From positions 33,978,001-34,042,000 of the forward strand of contig OZ249440.1 in assembly GCA_965235115.1 (NCBI GenBank): a stretch of DNA of 64,000 bases, read 5' to 3'. This document shows positions 61,001 through 64,000 of this stretch, in pieces (position 1 is the first letter of the stretch; each line of letters starts with the position of its first letter). Under the pieces are notes generated by a model, which did not search any database, was not told where the DNA came from, and worked only from the letters and a program-made list of their open reading frames with translations. Both the position numbers and the translations under genes were made by a program. Source of the stretch: Laetmonice hystrix (Eukaryota).

Positions 61001-64000
61001 CCTCCCCCACCCCACCCCCTCACAGACTGGTATCTCAGTCAGTGACCATACACGGTCAGAGTGTATACCTCCCCCACCCCACCCACTCACAGACTGGTAT
61101 CTCAGTCAGTGACCATACACGGTCAGAGTGTATATCTCCCCCACCCCGCCCCTTCACAGACTGGTATCTCAGTCAGTGACCATACACGGTCAGAGTGTAT
61201 ACCTCCCCCACCCCACCCACTCACAGACTGGTATCTCAGTCAGTGACCATACACGGTCAGAGTGTATACCTCCCCCACCCACTCACAGACTGGTATCTCA
61301 GTCAGTAACCATACACGATCAGAGTGTATACCTCCCCCACCCCACCCACTCACAGACTGGTATCTCAGTCAGTGACCATACACGGTCAAAGTGTATACCT
61401 CCCCCACCCCTCCCCTCACAGACTGACCGTGTATGGTCACTGACTGAGATACCAGTCTGTGAGGGGAGGGTAGGGGGAGGTATACACTGAGTGTATATCT
61501 CCCCCACCACGCCCCCTCACAGACTGGTATCTCAGTCAGTGACCATACACGGTCAGAGTGTATACCTCCCCCACCCCTCCCCTCACAGACTGGTATCTCA
61601 GTGTCAGTGACCATACGCGGTCAGAGTGTATACCTCCCCCACCCCTCCCCTCACAGACTGGTATCTCAGTCAGTGACCATACACGGTCAGAGTGTATACC
61701 TCCCCCACCACGCCCCCTCACAGACTGGTATCTCAGTCAGTGACCATACACGGTCAGAGTGTATACCTCCCCCACCACGCCCCCTCACAGACTGGTATCT
61801 CAGTGTCAGTGACCATACGCGGTCAGAGTGTATACCTCCCCCACCCCTCCCCTCACAGACTGGTATCTCAGTCAGTGACCATACACGGTCAGAGTGTATA
61901 CCTCCCCCACCACGCCCCCTCACAGACTGGTATCTCAGTCAGTGACCATACACGGTCAGAGTGTATACCTCCCCCACCACGCCCCCTCACAGACTGGTAT
62001 CTCAGTGTCAGTGACCATACACGGTCAGAGTGTATACCTCCCCCACCCCTCCCCTCACAGACTGGTATCTCAGTCAGTGACCATACACGGTCAGAGTGTA
62101 TACCTCCCCCACCCCACCCACTCACAGACTGGTATCTCAGTCAGTGACCATACACGGTCAGAGTGTATACCTCCACCACCCCTCCCCTCACAGACTGGTA
62201 TCTCAGTCAATGACCATACACGGTCAGAGTGTATACCTCCCCCACCCCTCCCACTCACAGACTGGTATCTCAGTCTCAGTGACCATACACGGTCAGAGTG
62301 TATACCTCCCCCACCCCTCCCCTCACAGACTGGTATCTCAGTCAGTGACCATACACGGTCAGAGTGTATACCTCCCCCACCCACTCACAGACTGGTATCT
62401 CAGTCAGTAACCATACACGGTCAGAGTGTATACCTCCCCCACCCCACCCACTCACAGACTGGTATCTCAGTCAGTGACCATACACGGTCAGAGTGTATAC
62501 CTCCCCCACCCACTCACAGACTGGTATCTCAGTCAGTGACCATACACGGTCAGAGTGTATACCTCCCCCACCCCACCCACTCACAGACTGGTATCTCAGT
62601 CAGTGACCATACACGGTCAGAGTGTATACCTCCCCCACCCCACCCACTCACAGACTGGTATCTCAGTCAGTGACCATACACGGTCAGAGTGTATATCTCC
62701 CCCACCCCGCCCCTTCACAGACTGGTATATTAGTCAGTGACCATACACGGTCAGAGTGTATACCTCCCCCACCCTTCCCCTCACAGACTGGTATCTCAGT
62801 CAGTGACCATACACGGTCAGAGTGTATACCTCCACCACCCCTCCCCTCACAGACTGGTATCTCAGTCAGTGACCATACACGGTCAGAGTGTATACCTCCC
62901 CCACCCCACCCCCTCACAGACTGGTATCTCAGTCAGTGACCATACACGGTCAGAGTGTATACCTCCCCCACCCCACCCACTCACAGACTGGTATCTCAGT
63001 CAGTGACCATACACGGTCAGAGTGTATATCTCCCCCACCCCGCCCCTTCACAGACTGGTATCTCAGTCAGTGACCATACACGGTCAGAGTGTATACCTCC
63101 CCCACCCCGCCCACTCACAGACTGGTATCTCAGTCAATGACCATACACGGTCAGAGTGTATACCTCCCCCACCCCTCCCACTCACAGACTGGTATCTCAG
63201 TGTCAGTGACCATACACGGTCAGAGTGTATATCTCCCCCACCCCGCCCCTTCACAGACTGGTATCTTAGTCAGTGACCATACACGGTCAGAGTGTATACC
63301 TCCCCCACCCTTCCCCTCACAGACTGGTATCTCAGTCAGTGACCATACACGGTCAGAGTGTATACCTCCACCACCCCTCCCCTCACAGACTGGTATCTCA
63401 GTCAGTGACCATACACGGTCAGAGTGTATACCTCCCCCACCCCACCCCCTCACAGACTGGTATCTCAGTCAGTGACCATACACGGTCAGAGTGTATACCT
63501 CCCCCACCCCACCCACTCACAGACTGGTATCTCAGTCAGTGACCATACACGGTCAGAGTGTATATCTCCCCCACCCCGCCCCTTCACAGACTGGTATCTC
63601 AGTCAGTGACCATACACGGTCAGAGTGTATACCTCCCCCACCCCACCCACTCACAGACTGGTATCTCAGTCAGTGACCATACACGGTCAGAGTGTATACC
63701 TCCCCCACCCACTCACAGACTGGTATCTCAGTCAGTAACCATACACGATCAGAGTGTATACCTCCCCCACCCCACCCACTCACAGACTGGTATCTCAGTC
63801 AGTGACCATACACGGTCAAAGTGTATACCTCCCCCACCCCTCCCCTCACAGACTGACCGTGTATGGTCACTGACTGAGATACCAGTCTGTGAGGGGAGGG
63901 GTGGGGGAGGTATACACTGAGTGTATACCTCCCCCACCACGCCCCCTCACAGACTGGTATCTCAGTCAGTGACCATACACGGTCAGAGTGTATACCTCCC
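40035..64000. repeat. Intronic satellite, 62-69-bp monomer (mostly 66-67), roughly 350-360 copies, running off the window
   Basis: Unit CACAGACTGGTATCTCAGTCAGTGACCATACACGGTCAGAGTGTATACCTCCCCCACCCC(A/T/G)CCC(A)CT. A degenerate first copy begins a few nt after the exon G donor. Confidence 0.99.

Noticed and set aside
40035..64000. CRISPR-like array or large repetitive protein (hundreds of ORFs)
   Set aside because: No unique spacers and no cas genes, and the context is eukaryotic. Monomer lengths are mostly not multiples of 3 and frames stop constantly.
40085..64000. Hammerhead-ribozyme satellite (minus strand CTGACTGA...GATAC)
   Set aside because: Does not fit the CUGANGA/GAAA core and lacks stem II.

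Overview
Repeat-rich eukaryotic DNA, probably from an invertebrate animal. The only intact host gene is a + strand ANKRD55-like ankyrin-repeat gene with 7 phase-compatible GT-AG exons from 15927 to 40027. Its start exon was not identified and its 3' part lies beyond the window. The introns are inflated by a near-intact Mag-type Gypsy LTR retrotransposon (31564-36137), a ~3.7-kb foldback element, many MITEs and a >=24-kb satellite of ~67-bp monomers (40035-64000) with higher-order repeats. Upstream lie an intron-containing P-element/THAP9-like transposase pseudogene, a self-nested MITE and mini/microsatellites. The most striking observation is that tandem arrays in this gene are built from splice-acceptor junctions. 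The 68-bp array at 20100-22939 is demonstrably 18 copies of one exon's 3' splice site plus its first codons, and only the last copy is productive. The giant satellite and the 13.2-14.5 kb minisatellite appear to follow the same design, which is inference. Family assignments come from recalled motifs, not database searches.
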